Position numbers and translations under genes: made by a program
The notes under the pieces: generated by a model
The model's input: the letters and a program-made list of their open reading frames with translations, nothing else
Database searches by the model: none
What the model was told of the DNA's origin: nothing
Shown: positions 1 through 8,165 of the stretch, piece by piece
Numbering within the stretch: position 1 is the stretch's first letter
Layout: every line of letters begins with the position of its first letter
NCBI GenBank assembly: GCA_964576905.1
Contig: CAZNWG010000003.1
Coordinates: 1 to 42,978, forward strand
Direction: 5' to 3'
From: an uncultured Candidatus Saccharibacteria bacterium
GTDB lineage: Bacteria > Patescibacteriota > Minisyncoccia > Phycocordibacterales > UBA918
Length of the DNA: 42,978 nucleotides

Positions 1-51
1 TGGTGGTGGCGGAGGAGGCGGTGCAATCTAAAAGTGACGGACATCCGAAGC

Positions 52-82
52 AAAATTATGGACATCGGATGTCCATAATTTT
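52..82. repeat. REP-like palindromic element, copy 1. Core ATGGACATCGGATGTCCAT at 58-76, with arms extended to AAAATT...AATTTT.
   Basis: Perfect 15-bp arms around one central base, read directly from the sequence. The same 19-nt core recurs at 588, 788, 28026 and 39799. The element lies 8 nt downstream of the transposase stop codon (91-93). A degenerate half-copy (GACGGACATCCGAAG) sits at 37-50. Confidence 0.9.
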
Positions 83-90
83 GCTACTTG

Positions 91-795
91 TTACTCGAGG
101 GTCACACCACTCAGGTGGAGCATATCGAATTTTTTGAGATACGACTGCAATGCTTTTGTGTAGCCATCCGTACCTCCAAAATAGTTGAGAAAAAATGTTC
201 GGTCGGTGACTGAAGCAAAGTTACTTGTGCCACTGTAGTCGAGGTGGCTACTCCACTTGTACTTTGAAAGTAATTCCTCGACGTGTTCTAGAGAAGGGAT
301 TTCCCCCTTGCGCCACTCTGGTGTGGTGAGGTCGAGTGGATTGAGGTGAATATAAAAGGGAAGATACATGAAGTGCGCATCTGAGGTGACGTGAACTGAT
401 TTGTACTTACCTTGGAAGAGTGATCCAGAGCGTTTGTATCGCTCGTTGAAATACTTTGCGTATCCCATATTTATTTTTTTCATAAAGAGAGATACCCCAC
501 CTTCAACGAGCGGGGAGAGCATGAGGTGGTAGTGATTTGGCATGAGACAAAAGAAGTGTATCTGCACCAACTGCTCACCACGAGAATATGGACATCCGAT
601 GTCCATATTTCTTGCGTTTTCTTTATTATAGCGATGGTTCGGGTCTACTCGTTCGATACTATTAAAAACTTCAAGATCATGGATAAATCGTTGATAGTCA
701 CGTGAATCCATAAAGATTTTGCGTTTCTCAACACCACGATTGAGTACATGATAGAATTCTGTTTGCATAGTGTGTAGTGTACCATTTATGGACAT
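91..795 (-). CDS. RayT / IS200-like HUH (Y1) tyrosine transposase (REP-associated transposase family)
   Basis: The translation contains YHVLNRG near the N-terminus, the HUH motif in CLMPNHYHLML and the catalytic-Tyr region FYIHLNP. The ORF-track entry 91..1116 has a 107-aa low-complexity N-terminal extension that overlaps dnaE in another frame, so I trimmed it to the ATG at 793-795. An alternative ATG at 766-768 would give MQTEFYHV.... Confidence 0.8.
   Translation of the reverse strand: MSINGTLHTMQTEFYHVLNRGVEKRKIFMDSRDYQRFIHDLEVFNSIERVDPNHRYNKENARNMDIGCPYSRGEQLVQIHFFCLMPNHYHLMLSPLVEGGVSLFMKKINMGYAKYFNERYKRSGSLFQGKYKSVHVTSDAHFMYLPFYIHLNPLDLTTPEWRKGEIPSLEHVEELLSKYKWSSHLDYSGTSNFASVTDRTFFLNYFGGTDGYTKALQSYLKKFDMLHLSGVTLE
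585..609. repeat. REP-like palindromic element, copy 2 (core at 588-606), located inside the transposase coding sequence
   Basis: AATATGGACATCCGATGTCCATATT read directly. It is translated in frame on the minus strand as NMDIGCPY, between the N-terminal motif and the HUH motif. Confidence 0.9.
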
Positions 796-809
796 CCGAT
801 GTCCATAAA
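785..809. repeat. REP-like palindromic element, copy 3 (core at 788-806), between the dnaE stop and the transposase start
   Basis: TTTATGGACATCCGATGTCCATAAA read directly. The candidate transposase ATG (793-795, minus strand) lies inside one arm. The dnaE stop codon is at 815-817. Confidence 0.9.
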
Positions 810-814
810 TTCTA

Positions 815-3800
815 TCATTGGGGTTGGGGTGCGGACGTAGTGGCGAGGGATTTGATGCGGTCGATGACGACAGTGGGCTCCTCGTTCCGCATCGAGAGCT
901 TGCCCTGTACGGCGATGCAGGAGCCGACCGAAAAGAGGTCGTGGTGTGTTTTGTACGTTTCGGGGAACGCGACGATTTCGATACTCTCTTGCCCATCGCC
1001 AATCGTGATGAAGCCCATCTTGTCGCCCTTCTTGGTGAGGATTTCGTGTACGCCCTCCACCATTCCCGCGGTGACGACAGGGATGCCGTTTCGGGTCTCT
1101 CTCTTGATGGCGCCAATCTTGGGTCGCTTCTCTATCTCGGCACGGAACGCGTCGAGGGGGTGCCCCGAGACGTACACGCCGAGGAGCTCTTTCTCCCAGA
1201 GGAGCTTCTGCTCTTTTGTCGCGGGTTCCGCGGGAGCGAGTGAGAGCGTGTGCACCGAAGAGTCACCGAGACTGCCAAAGAGCGAGTCTTGCGCGGACTC
1301 CCTCTGTGCGCTGTGCTCCTTGTGGTAGGCGAGGAGCGTATCGAGGTTGCCGAGCATCTGCCCGCGCTCATGGAAACGGTCGAACGAGCCCGACATGATG
1401 AGTGCCTCGAGGGACTTCTTGTTGAGGTTTTTTGAGGTGACGCGGGAGAGGAAGTCTTGGAGAGAAGCATATGCGCCATGTTTTTTGCGTTCCTCGATGA
1501 TGGATTCAGAAATACCTTCGCCGAAATTCTTGATGGTAGTGAGTCCGAATCTAATCCTGGGAGACACACCTGCATGTGCAGGTACGACCGAGAACGGAGC
1601 AAAGCTCTCATTGATGTCCGGCGGGAGTACCTCAATACCCATGCGCACGCACTCTTGAATGATTTCGGCAATCTTCTCGGTGTCGCCCGCGTCGGCGGTG
1701 AGGACCGCGGACATGTACTCCTCGGGATAGTTCGCCTTCATGTAGGCGGTCTGGTATGCCACGCGCCCGTAGCTCGCCGCGTGTGCCTTGTTGAACCCGT
1801 ACGCGGCAAACGGCTCGATGAGCTTCCAGAGCTTGTCCGCGAGCGACGCGCTCAATTTTCCGTACTCGACAAAGCCCTTCAGGAGCTTTTCCTTCTCGGC
1901 CTCCATCACCGCGGGGATCTTCTTTCCCATTGCCTTTCGGAGCATATCGGCTTCGAGCCACGAGTAGCCGGCGAGCTCGCGCGCAATCATCATGACGTCA
2001 TCTTGGTAGGTAATCACCCCGTACGAACGGTCGAGTATCTTTTCGAGGCGCGGGTCGAGGTAGGAGATGAGCGAGGCATTGTGCTTGCGCTCGATGTACT
2101 GCGGAATGGATTCCATGGGCCCCGGGCGGTAGAGCGCGACCATCGCGTTGATGTCGTGGATGGTCGAGGGGCGGAGCTGTTTCAGAAAGGCGGTCATGCC
2201 ACTTCCGTTTAACTGGAAGAGTCCCATTGTTTCGCCACGCGCGAGCATTGCGAATGTGTTCGCGTCGTCGACGGGAATGTTTTCTATGTCGACCGCGATT
2301 CCGCGTATTTTTTCCACCCGCTTCACCGCGTCGGCGAGTATGGAAAGGTTTTTGATACCGAGAAAGTCGAACTTCAAAAGTCCCACGCCGTCTTCTCCCA
2401 CGGAGTGCATTTCGTACTGGGTGATGAGCTTCCCGGTCTTCGGGTCGGGCTGGACGGGGACGAATTCGGTGAGCGGGAGCGGGGAAATAACGACGCCCGC
2501 GGCGTGCACGCCGACGTGGCGCACGCGTCCCTCAATCTGACGCGCGAGGTCAATAACCTCTTTCGTGTCCGGATCCTTCGCGTAGAGAGTCTTGAGGTCG
2601 GGTTCTATTTCCATCGCTTTTTCGATGGTCATCGGGAACCCCTGACTCCCCATGGGGATGAGCTTCGCGATGCGGTCGCCCACGGCGTACGGGTGACCGA
2701 GAGCACGCGCGACGTCGCGCACCGCAGCGCGCGCCATCATGGTACCGAAGGTGCCAATCTGCGCGACGTTCTCCGCGCCGTACTTCGCGCGCGCGTAGTC
2801 GATAATCTCGTCGCGCCTGTTGTCGGCGAAGTCCATGTCGATGTCGGGGGCGGAGGGACGCTCGGGATTGAGAAAACGCTCGAAGGGAAGCTTGTACTCG
2901 AGCGGGTTCACGTTCGTGATGCCGAGCGCGTACGTGGTGAGCGAGCCAGCGACCGAGCCACGGATGGTGGTGAGGATTTTGCGCTCGCGTGCTTCGCGGA
3001 GGAGGTCACCCACCACGAGGAAGTACTTTGCGTAGCCCTTCATCTTGATGACGCCAAGCTCGTAGTCGAGGCGCTCTTTCACCTTTGCATCTCCGAGGGA
3101 AAGTCCGCGCCACTCAAGACCCTCGTACGCCATGTCGTGGAGTTCTGCGTCTGGCTCTTTGCCACTCTTGATGGCGTACTCGGGAAAGTACCATGTCGCA
3201 CCAGGGGTCATGGTGACGGTGCACTCCTCAGCAATTTTCACCGTATTGGCGAGGGCTTCTTTTCCCACAGTAGTCGCAAAGAGTTCCTGTGCTCGTTCTT
3301 GTGAGATGAACGAGAAGTTCGGCGCGAGCTCGCCTTTGGCGTCCTGTGTCTCCACAATGCCCCCCGATTGAATCTTGAGCATAGTCTCACGCGCGAGATA
3401 ATCACTCTGTTCGAGGTAGTACACGTCGTGCGAAGCGACGAGGGGTGTATTGGATTTTTCCGCGAGCGCCATGATGCTTTTTTGGAGTGCCTCGTGGCCG
3501 TCTATTTCCGGGTGGTGGGTGATTTCGAGATAGCAATCTTCACTGAAAAGTTTTTTGTACCAATCGAGCGACGCTCCCGCACTCTCCGCGTCTCCGTTTT
3601 TGAGCGAGAGTATCGGCTCACCACTGAAGGAGGGGATGATGCAGATAAGGTCCCTGTGGAATTCTTCGATGAGCCCGTGGTCGACACGGGGCTTGTAGTA
3701 GAAACCGTTCACGTACGACTCGGTGACCATCTTGATGAGGTTTTTGTAGCCGTCATTATTTTTCGCGAGGAAGACGACTCGTCCGCGCGGTTTGTCGATA

Positions 3801-4057
3801 CCCGCATCTTTGTCGAAGCGTGTGCGTGGCGCGAGGTAGGCGTCGAGGCCGATGATGGGCTTCACGCCCTCCTTCGTGCACGCTTTGTAGAAATTGATTG
3901 CCCCGTAGAGGCCTCCACTGTCGGTCAGTGCTAGGGCAGACATGCCATCGCGCTTCGCGCGCTGGGCAAGCTCCTTCGGGGTGGGGAGCGCATTGAGGAG
4001 GGAATAGTGCGAGTGCACGTGGAGGTGGATGAAGTTTGGTTTCGTAATCTCGCTCAT
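815..4057 (-). CDS. dnaE: DNA polymerase III alpha subunit
   Basis: 1080-aa ORF. It has an N-terminal PHP motif (HLHVHSHYSLL) and is polymerase-core-like throughout (FDFLGIKNL, ALYRPGPM, FNKAHAASY). Confidence 0.95.
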   Translation of the reverse strand: MSEITKPNFIHLHVHSHYSLLNALPTPKELAQRAKRDGMSALALTDSGGLYGAINFYKACTKEGVKPIIGLDAYLAPRTRFDKDAGIDKPRGRVVFLAKNNDGYKNLIKMVTESYVNGFYYKPRVDHGLIEEFHRDLICIIPSFSGEPILSLKNGDAESAGASLDWYKKLFSEDCYLEITHHPEIDGHEALQKSIMALAEKSNTPLVASHDVYYLEQSDYLARETMLKIQSGGIVETQDAKGELAPNFSFISQERAQELFATTVGKEALANTVKIAEECTVTMTPGATWYFPEYAIKSGKEPDAELHDMAYEGLEWRGLSLGDAKVKERLDYELGVIKMKGYAKYFLVVGDLLREARERKILTTIRGSVAGSLTTYALGITNVNPLEYKLPFERFLNPERPSAPDIDMDFADNRRDEIIDYARAKYGAENVAQIGTFGTMMARAAVRDVARALGHPYAVGDRIAKLIPMGSQGFPMTIEKAMEIEPDLKTLYAKDPDTKEVIDLARQIEGRVRHVGVHAAGVVISPLPLTEFVPVQPDPKTGKLITQYEMHSVGEDGVGLLKFDFLGIKNLSILADAVKRVEKIRGIAVDIENIPVDDANTFAMLARGETMGLFQLNGSGMTAFLKQLRPSTIHDINAMVALYRPGPMESIPQYIERKHNASLISYLDPRLEKILDRSYGVITYQDDVMMIARELAGYSWLEADMLRKAMGKKIPAVMEAEKEKLLKGFVEYGKLSASLADKLWKLIEPFAAYGFNKAHAASYGRVAYQTAYMKANYPEEYMSAVLTADAGDTEKIAEIIQECVRMGIEVLPPDINESFAPFSVVPAHAGVSPRIRFGLTTIKNFGEGISESIIEERKKHGAYASLQDFLSRVTSKNLNKKSLEALIMSGSFDRFHERGQMLGNLDTLLAYHKEHSAQRESAQDSLFGSLGDSSVHTLSLAPAEPATKEQKLLWEKELLGVYVSGHPLDAFRAEIEKRPKIGAIKRETRNGIPVVTAGMVEGVHEILTKKGDKMGFITIGDGQESIEIVAFPETYKTHHDLFSVGSCIAVQGKLSMRNEEPTVVIDRIKSLATTSAPQPQ

Positions 4058-4119
4058 AGTTTATATACAATTGAAATGAATCTTCTTTTTCGGTATTAAC
4101 TTTTTATGGGCACGCATAA

Positions 4120-4157
4120 GCCCCAAAATTAAAATCGAGAGATTTTAATTTTGGGGC
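4120..4157 (+). other. Orphan 17-bp stem / GAGA-loop hairpin in the divergent dnaE-rnhB intergenic region
   Basis: GCCCCAAAATTAAAATC-gaga-GATTTTAATTTTGGGGC followed by TTT. No upstream gene on either strand ends here. Confidence 0.6.
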
Positions 4158-4249
4158 TTTGCTCTACTCGTCGCTGTTACGCGACTCCGTAAGGCCCCTA
4201 AAAAGTTATACCTCAACGAAGATTTCAAAACATATTGTATAGTAGATAA

Positions 4250-4846
4250 GTGAAAAAGCGAATTACCCATATAGTTGGAGTCGACGAAGCCGGACGCGGA
4301 CCTTTAGCCGGACCTGTGGCGGTGGGGATGGTGGTTGTGCCGGTGGATTTTGATTGGGGATTGTTGCTGGGGGGGGGGGACTCGAAAAAGGTGTCGGCGG
4401 AAAATCGCGACGCGATTTTCCGCCGTACCCGCGCGCTCGCGCGCGCGGGTATCCTCGCGTACACCGTCTCGCTCGTCGGCGCATCCACCATCGACCGCAT
4501 CGGCATCACGAAGGCGGTCGCGCTCGGCATCACGCGCTCATTTAGAAAGCTCGCCCCTGACCCACGGAGGACGAGGGTGCTCCTCGATGGGCTCCTCCGC
4601 GCTCCGGAGGAATTTACCGAGCAGGAGACAATCATAAAGGGTGACGCGAAGGAGAAGGTGATAGGACTCGCGTCTATCTGTGCAAAGGTCACGCGCGACG
4701 CCTACATGGTGCGCGTCGCGCGCAACTACCCCGCCTACGGCTTTGACATCCACAAGGGCTACGGCACAAAAATGCACAGCGACGCAATCCGTGCGCACGG
4801 CCTCACAAAGATTCATCGCCGTTCTTTCACGAAGCGGTTTCAGTAG
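4250..4846 (+). CDS. rnhB: Ribonuclease HII
   Basis: GTG start. The motifs VGVDEAGRGPLAGPV, DSKK and HRRSF are typical of RNase HII. Confidence 0.9.
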   Translation: MKKRITHIVGVDEAGRGPLAGPVAVGMVVVPVDFDWGLLLGGGDSKKVSAENRDAIFRRTRALARAGILAYTVSLVGASTIDRIGITKAVALGITRSFRKLAPDPRRTRVLLDGLLRAPEEFTEQETIIKGDAKEKVIGLASICAKVTRDAYMVRVARNYPAYGFDIHKGYGTKMHSDAIRAHGLTKIHRRSFTKRFQ

Positions 4847-4934
4847 GGCGGACGGGAATCTGCCGAACGGGCATAGACTGTACTTAGTTTGCGTGTTATA
4901 GTGAGTAGAGACAATATGAGCACAGGAGAAGCAA

Positions 4935-5270
4935 ATGGACACTCTGAACACTGAGATTGATGTTTCAACTATACTGAAAATAGCAAAAGAGATTGCGGGG
5001 CATGTGGTTCGTCCACTGCGCGAATCTCTCCCCGGTATTACGGCTACACCTTCGTTTTCTCGCCCCGGATTTATTGACATCAAGTTTTGTTTGGAAGAAC
5101 CCAGATCATTCACCGATGCCGATAGAACGGTCGTCCGAGACTTTGTCACGAATCGCAAATTCCTGAAGTATGCTAGAAAGAAGCTCTGCTGGAAGAAGGT
5201 GCGAGTGACTACGTGTTCTCGTAATAGAGATAAACACACGTACACGTGGACAATCGAGAATCGTTCGTAG
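4935..5270 (+). CDS. Hypothetical protein (111 aa)
   Basis: An ATG preceded by GGAGAAGCAA (SD-like). The composition is more protein-like than the overlapping antisense ORF 4538..5332. No recognisable motif. Confidence 0.45.
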   Translation: MDTLNTEIDVSTILKIAKEIAGHVVRPLRESLPGITATPSFSRPGFIDIKFCLEEPRSFTDADRTVVRDFVTNRKFLKYARKKLCWKKVRVTTCSRNRDKHTYTWTIENRS

Positions 5271-5391
5271 ATCTCGATTTTTCGAACAGTATTCTGTGAA
5301 TTCACAACGATTTGTGGATTTAAGGCCGCCACGCAGTATGGGCGGTCTTTTCTATTGCGTTTTTGAATACATTTGGTATAGTAGCCCCACT

Positions 5392-5688
5392 ATGGTTATA
5401 CGAATGCGACATACACGCGCCCATTCAGCAAATAGGCGCTCACACCACGCGATTAAGGAGGAGACACTTTCTTCTTGCTCACACTGTGGTGCTTCACGAC
5501 GACCACATCACATGTGTCTTACGTGTGGATATTATAATGGCCGACAGGTGGTTGATCTTACCGCGGAAAAAGCAAAGCGTGATGCGCGTATTAAGTCGAA
5601 GGATGAGCGCATTAAAAACGAGCTCGGTTCTTCACAAGAGACCCCAACTCCAAAAGAAGCAATCACCGAAGAGAAGAAAGTCAAATAA
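5392..5688 (+). CDS. rpmF: 50S ribosomal protein L32, with a Lys/Glu-rich C-terminal tail
   Basis: The layout RHTRAHSANRRSHH...CSHCG...HHMCLTCGYYNGRQVV matches L32, including its two Cys pairs. I trimmed the ORF track start (5296) to the ATG at 5392. Confidence 0.85.
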   Translation: MVIRMRHTRAHSANRRSHHAIKEETLSSCSHCGASRRPHHMCLTCGYYNGRQVVDLTAEKAKRDARIKSKDERIKNELGSSQETPTPKEAITEEKKVK

Positions 5689-5710
5689 TATAGACATCGA
5701 CAAAATCCAC

Positions 5711-5737
5711 AGCGCCCCCAGATACGGGGGCGTTTCT
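5711..5737 (+). terminator. Rho-independent terminator after rpmF
   Basis: CGCCCCC-agatac-GGGGGCG followed by TTTCTG. Confidence 0.6.
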
Positions 5738-5786
5738 GTACAAAAGTCTGATACACTAGAGTGCAGTACCAGTTCATTAGTTTTTT

Positions 5787-6686
5787 ATGGCAAATCGGCA
5801 TCTTTCACGTTCAATTGTTCTTCAGTCACTCTTCGAGTGGGATTTAAATAGTATCGAAAAAAGCATGATGTCTGAGACACTCATGCGCAATGTAGAAGAG
5901 TTTGCACCCAATAAGTCGGACACTCCGTTCATGGAGAAGCTCCTTGATGGTGTACTGCAAAAGCAACCAGAGCTCGATCTCATTATTGAGAAAGCCGCAC
6001 CCGAATGGCCGATAGACAGAATCGCCCCCGTCGACCGCAACATTCTTCGTCTTGGACTGTATGAGCTTCTTTTTTCAGACAGAAATGAGGTACCCGCAAA
6101 AGTCGCTATCAATGAGGCCATAGAGCTCGCAAAGCAGTTTGGTGGTGAAAACTCATCACGTTTCGTAAACGGTGTGCTCGGTGCTGTCTACAAAGAAATT
6201 GGCGAGCCGGGGAAAGAAGAAGTTTCAAAAAATAAGAAAAAGAAAGACGTCCCCTTTGAAGAAATGGAAATTGAGCGTCTTGCAGGCGCTGTTGTGTATG
6301 CAATACATGAAGGCACAATGTACCTTGCGCTCGTGCACGACATCTTCGGGCACTGGACGCTCTCAAAGGGAAAAATTGAAGAAGGTGAAGATTTGGAGAT
6401 GGGAGCAGCACGAGCACTGAAAAGCGAAATAGGACTCATTATTGAAGTAGAGACAGAGCTTGGAAAGAATGAATACGTGGCTTCCCATCCCGAAAAGGGC
6501 AAGATTCGCAAGCAGGTGATTTATTTCCTTGCCCGTGCACCGTATGAAAATCTTACGCTCGAGCAAAAGGGTGGTCTCGATGCGGCACAGTGGTTTAAGG
6601 TTGCTGATATTCTCGACCTCAATTTTTATGAGGATATCTTGCCTATCGTCACTAAGGCAGTGACGGTGTTGGTGGGCAGAAAATGA
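5787..6686 (+). CDS. nusB: NusB (N-terminal ~140 aa) fused to a C-terminal Nudix-fold domain
   Basis: The N-terminus has NusB-like motifs (SLFEWD, DRNILRLGLYELLF, AINEAIELAKQFGGENSSRFVNGVLG). After a Lys-rich linker the C-terminus carries a Nudix-box-like stretch, GKIEEGEDLEMGAARALKSEIGL. Confidence 0.85.
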   Translation: MANRHLSRSIVLQSLFEWDLNSIEKSMMSETLMRNVEEFAPNKSDTPFMEKLLDGVLQKQPELDLIIEKAAPEWPIDRIAPVDRNILRLGLYELLFSDRNEVPAKVAINEAIELAKQFGGENSSRFVNGVLGAVYKEIGEPGKEEVSKNKKKKDVPFEEMEIERLAGAVVYAIHEGTMYLALVHDIFGHWTLSKGKIEEGEDLEMGAARALKSEIGLIIEVETELGKNEYVASHPEKGKIRKQVIYFLARAPYENLTLEQKGGLDAAQWFKVADILDLNFYEDILPIVTKAVTVLVGRK

Positions 6687-6859
6687 GCAAAATTTGAAAA
6701 CTGCTTTGTTGCTTTTCAAAAAATTTCATTCGTCGTATGACCTATACGCCTCATGAAATTTTTATCAAGCGCCTCGCATTTTCCTAAATTTTTCGCATTT
6801 TCTAAATTGCATATCAGTATATTCTTTTACAAACCAGCATTCTATGCTACCTTAGCGCT

Positions 6860-7573
6860 ATGACAGACCCACAAAACATTGATGATGATTTTACGAAGCT
6901 CGAAGCACAGATAGGTGTTGTCTTTGTTGATAAGATTCATTTACTTACCGCAGTGACACACCGCTCATACTTGAATGAACATCGTGATGCTCCACAAGAT
7001 CACAACGAGCGGTATGAGTTTTTGGGTGATGCGGTGCTTGAGCTTGTCATTACTGACTTTCTTTTTCATAAATATCCAGAGAAGCCAGAGGGAGAACTTA
7101 CCGCCATCCGCGCCGCACTCGTGAACACAAATTCAATTTCTGAATCAGCAACAAAGCTCAATTTGAATGAATTTCTCTTGCTCTCAAAAGGTGAAGAGAA
7201 AGACACGGGTCGTGCACGTCAGTACATTCTCGCGAATACCTTTGAGTCGATTATTGGTGCTCTCTATCTCGACCAAGGATATGACGTCGCAAAAGAATTC
7301 ATAGCACGAAATCTCTTTGATAAAACGGAGACCATTGTCGCAAAACGGTTGTGGCAGGATGCGAAGAGTCGTTTTCAAGAACTCTCTCAGGAGCACGTCG
7401 GTATCACTCCAAGCTATGTGACACTCAATCAAAGTGGGCTCGACCATGACCGCATCTTTACGGTCGGCGTATTCTTGGGAACTGAAAAAATTGCAGAGGG
7501 TAAGGGACGCTCAAAACAAGAGGCAGAGCAGGTCGCAGCGGAGGCTGGTGTACAAGCAAAAGGCTGGCTCTGA
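6860..7573 (+). CDS. rnc: Ribonuclease III
   Basis: RNase III signature ERYEFLGDAVLELV plus a C-terminal dsRBD-like region (GKGRSKQEAEQVAA). Confidence 0.92.
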   Translation: MTDPQNIDDDFTKLEAQIGVVFVDKIHLLTAVTHRSYLNEHRDAPQDHNERYEFLGDAVLELVITDFLFHKYPEKPEGELTAIRAALVNTNSISESATKLNLNEFLLLSKGEEKDTGRARQYILANTFESIIGALYLDQGYDVAKEFIARNLFDKTETIVAKRLWQDAKSRFQELSQEHVGITPSYVTLNQSGLDHDRIFTVGVFLGTEKIAEGKGRSKQEAEQVAAEAGVQAKGWL

Positions 7574-7666
7574 ATCTGAGTTGGGTTTTGAAGGTTTCCA
7601 AACATACTCAAATTTGATTAACACCCTCGAACTTATTTTAGAAGATACTCATGATAGAATACACAC

Positions 7667-8161
7667 ATGAGATTTTCATGTGCTCAACGCAAAGGTTTTA
7701 CACTCGTCGAAATGCTTGTTGCGGTTGCAATACTCGCGCTTCTTTCTGCAATTGTGCTCGCAAGCATGAATGAAGCCAAGAAAAAAGCGCGCGACGCACA
7801 ACGCGTGAGTGATTTGCAACAAATTCAAGTTGGAACACGCATGTATCGAGATTTTTTCTCAACGTCAACATTACCATCGGTACCATCGGGTGAAATTTTT
7901 GGTGATGGTGCTGGTTTTGATACTGTACTCACACCCTATCTCCCCGGGACAATAAAAGACCCAATCAACTCAGGTACTACTCGTTACTATTACAACAGTG
8001 CATACGGCGACTGTAACGGCACCCACGCAGTTCTCATAGCGCTCACCATGGAGCGCTCGAGTAATGGAAATATGGCGAGTGTCTGTGGTACGGGGCCGTA
8101 TGATCCAGTCTCATCTGGTGCAACACCGACGGCGTCCTCGTACGTCATTATTTTGAAGTAG
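7667..8161 (+). CDS. Type IV pilin-like / pseudopilin protein with a prepilin N-terminal methylation motif
   Basis: N-terminal QRKGFTLVEMLVAVAILALL, the class III signal peptide (G|FTLVE), followed by a hydrophobic helix. Confidence 0.8.
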   Translation: MRFSCAQRKGFTLVEMLVAVAILALLSAIVLASMNEAKKKARDAQRVSDLQQIQVGTRMYRDFFSTSTLPSVPSGEIFGDGAGFDTVLTPYLPGTIKDPINSGTTRYYYNSAYGDCNGTHAVLIALTMERSSNGNMASVCGTGPYDPVSSGATPTASSYVIILK

Positions 8162-8165
8162 CTGT

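Noticed and set aside
2-30. Possible 3' end of a plus-strand gene encoding ...GGGGGGGAI*.
   Set aside because: Only 9 codons of simple-sequence lie at the contig edge. They cannot be distinguished from an assembly artefact.
796-1116. N-terminal 107 aa of ORF 91..1116 (minus strand), which would extend the transposase.
   Set aside because: This part is Ser/Arg/Pro-rich and low-complexity. It overlaps the 3' end of dnaE in another frame and lies upstream of the REP hairpin. Transposase homology only begins after the internal Met.
4538-5332. 264-aa minus-strand ORF spanning the rnhB 3' end and the region upstream of rpmF.
   Set aside because: It overlaps rnhB and has implausible composition. 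The plus-strand 111-aa ORF with an SD-like sequence is the better, though still uncertain, call for 4935-5270.
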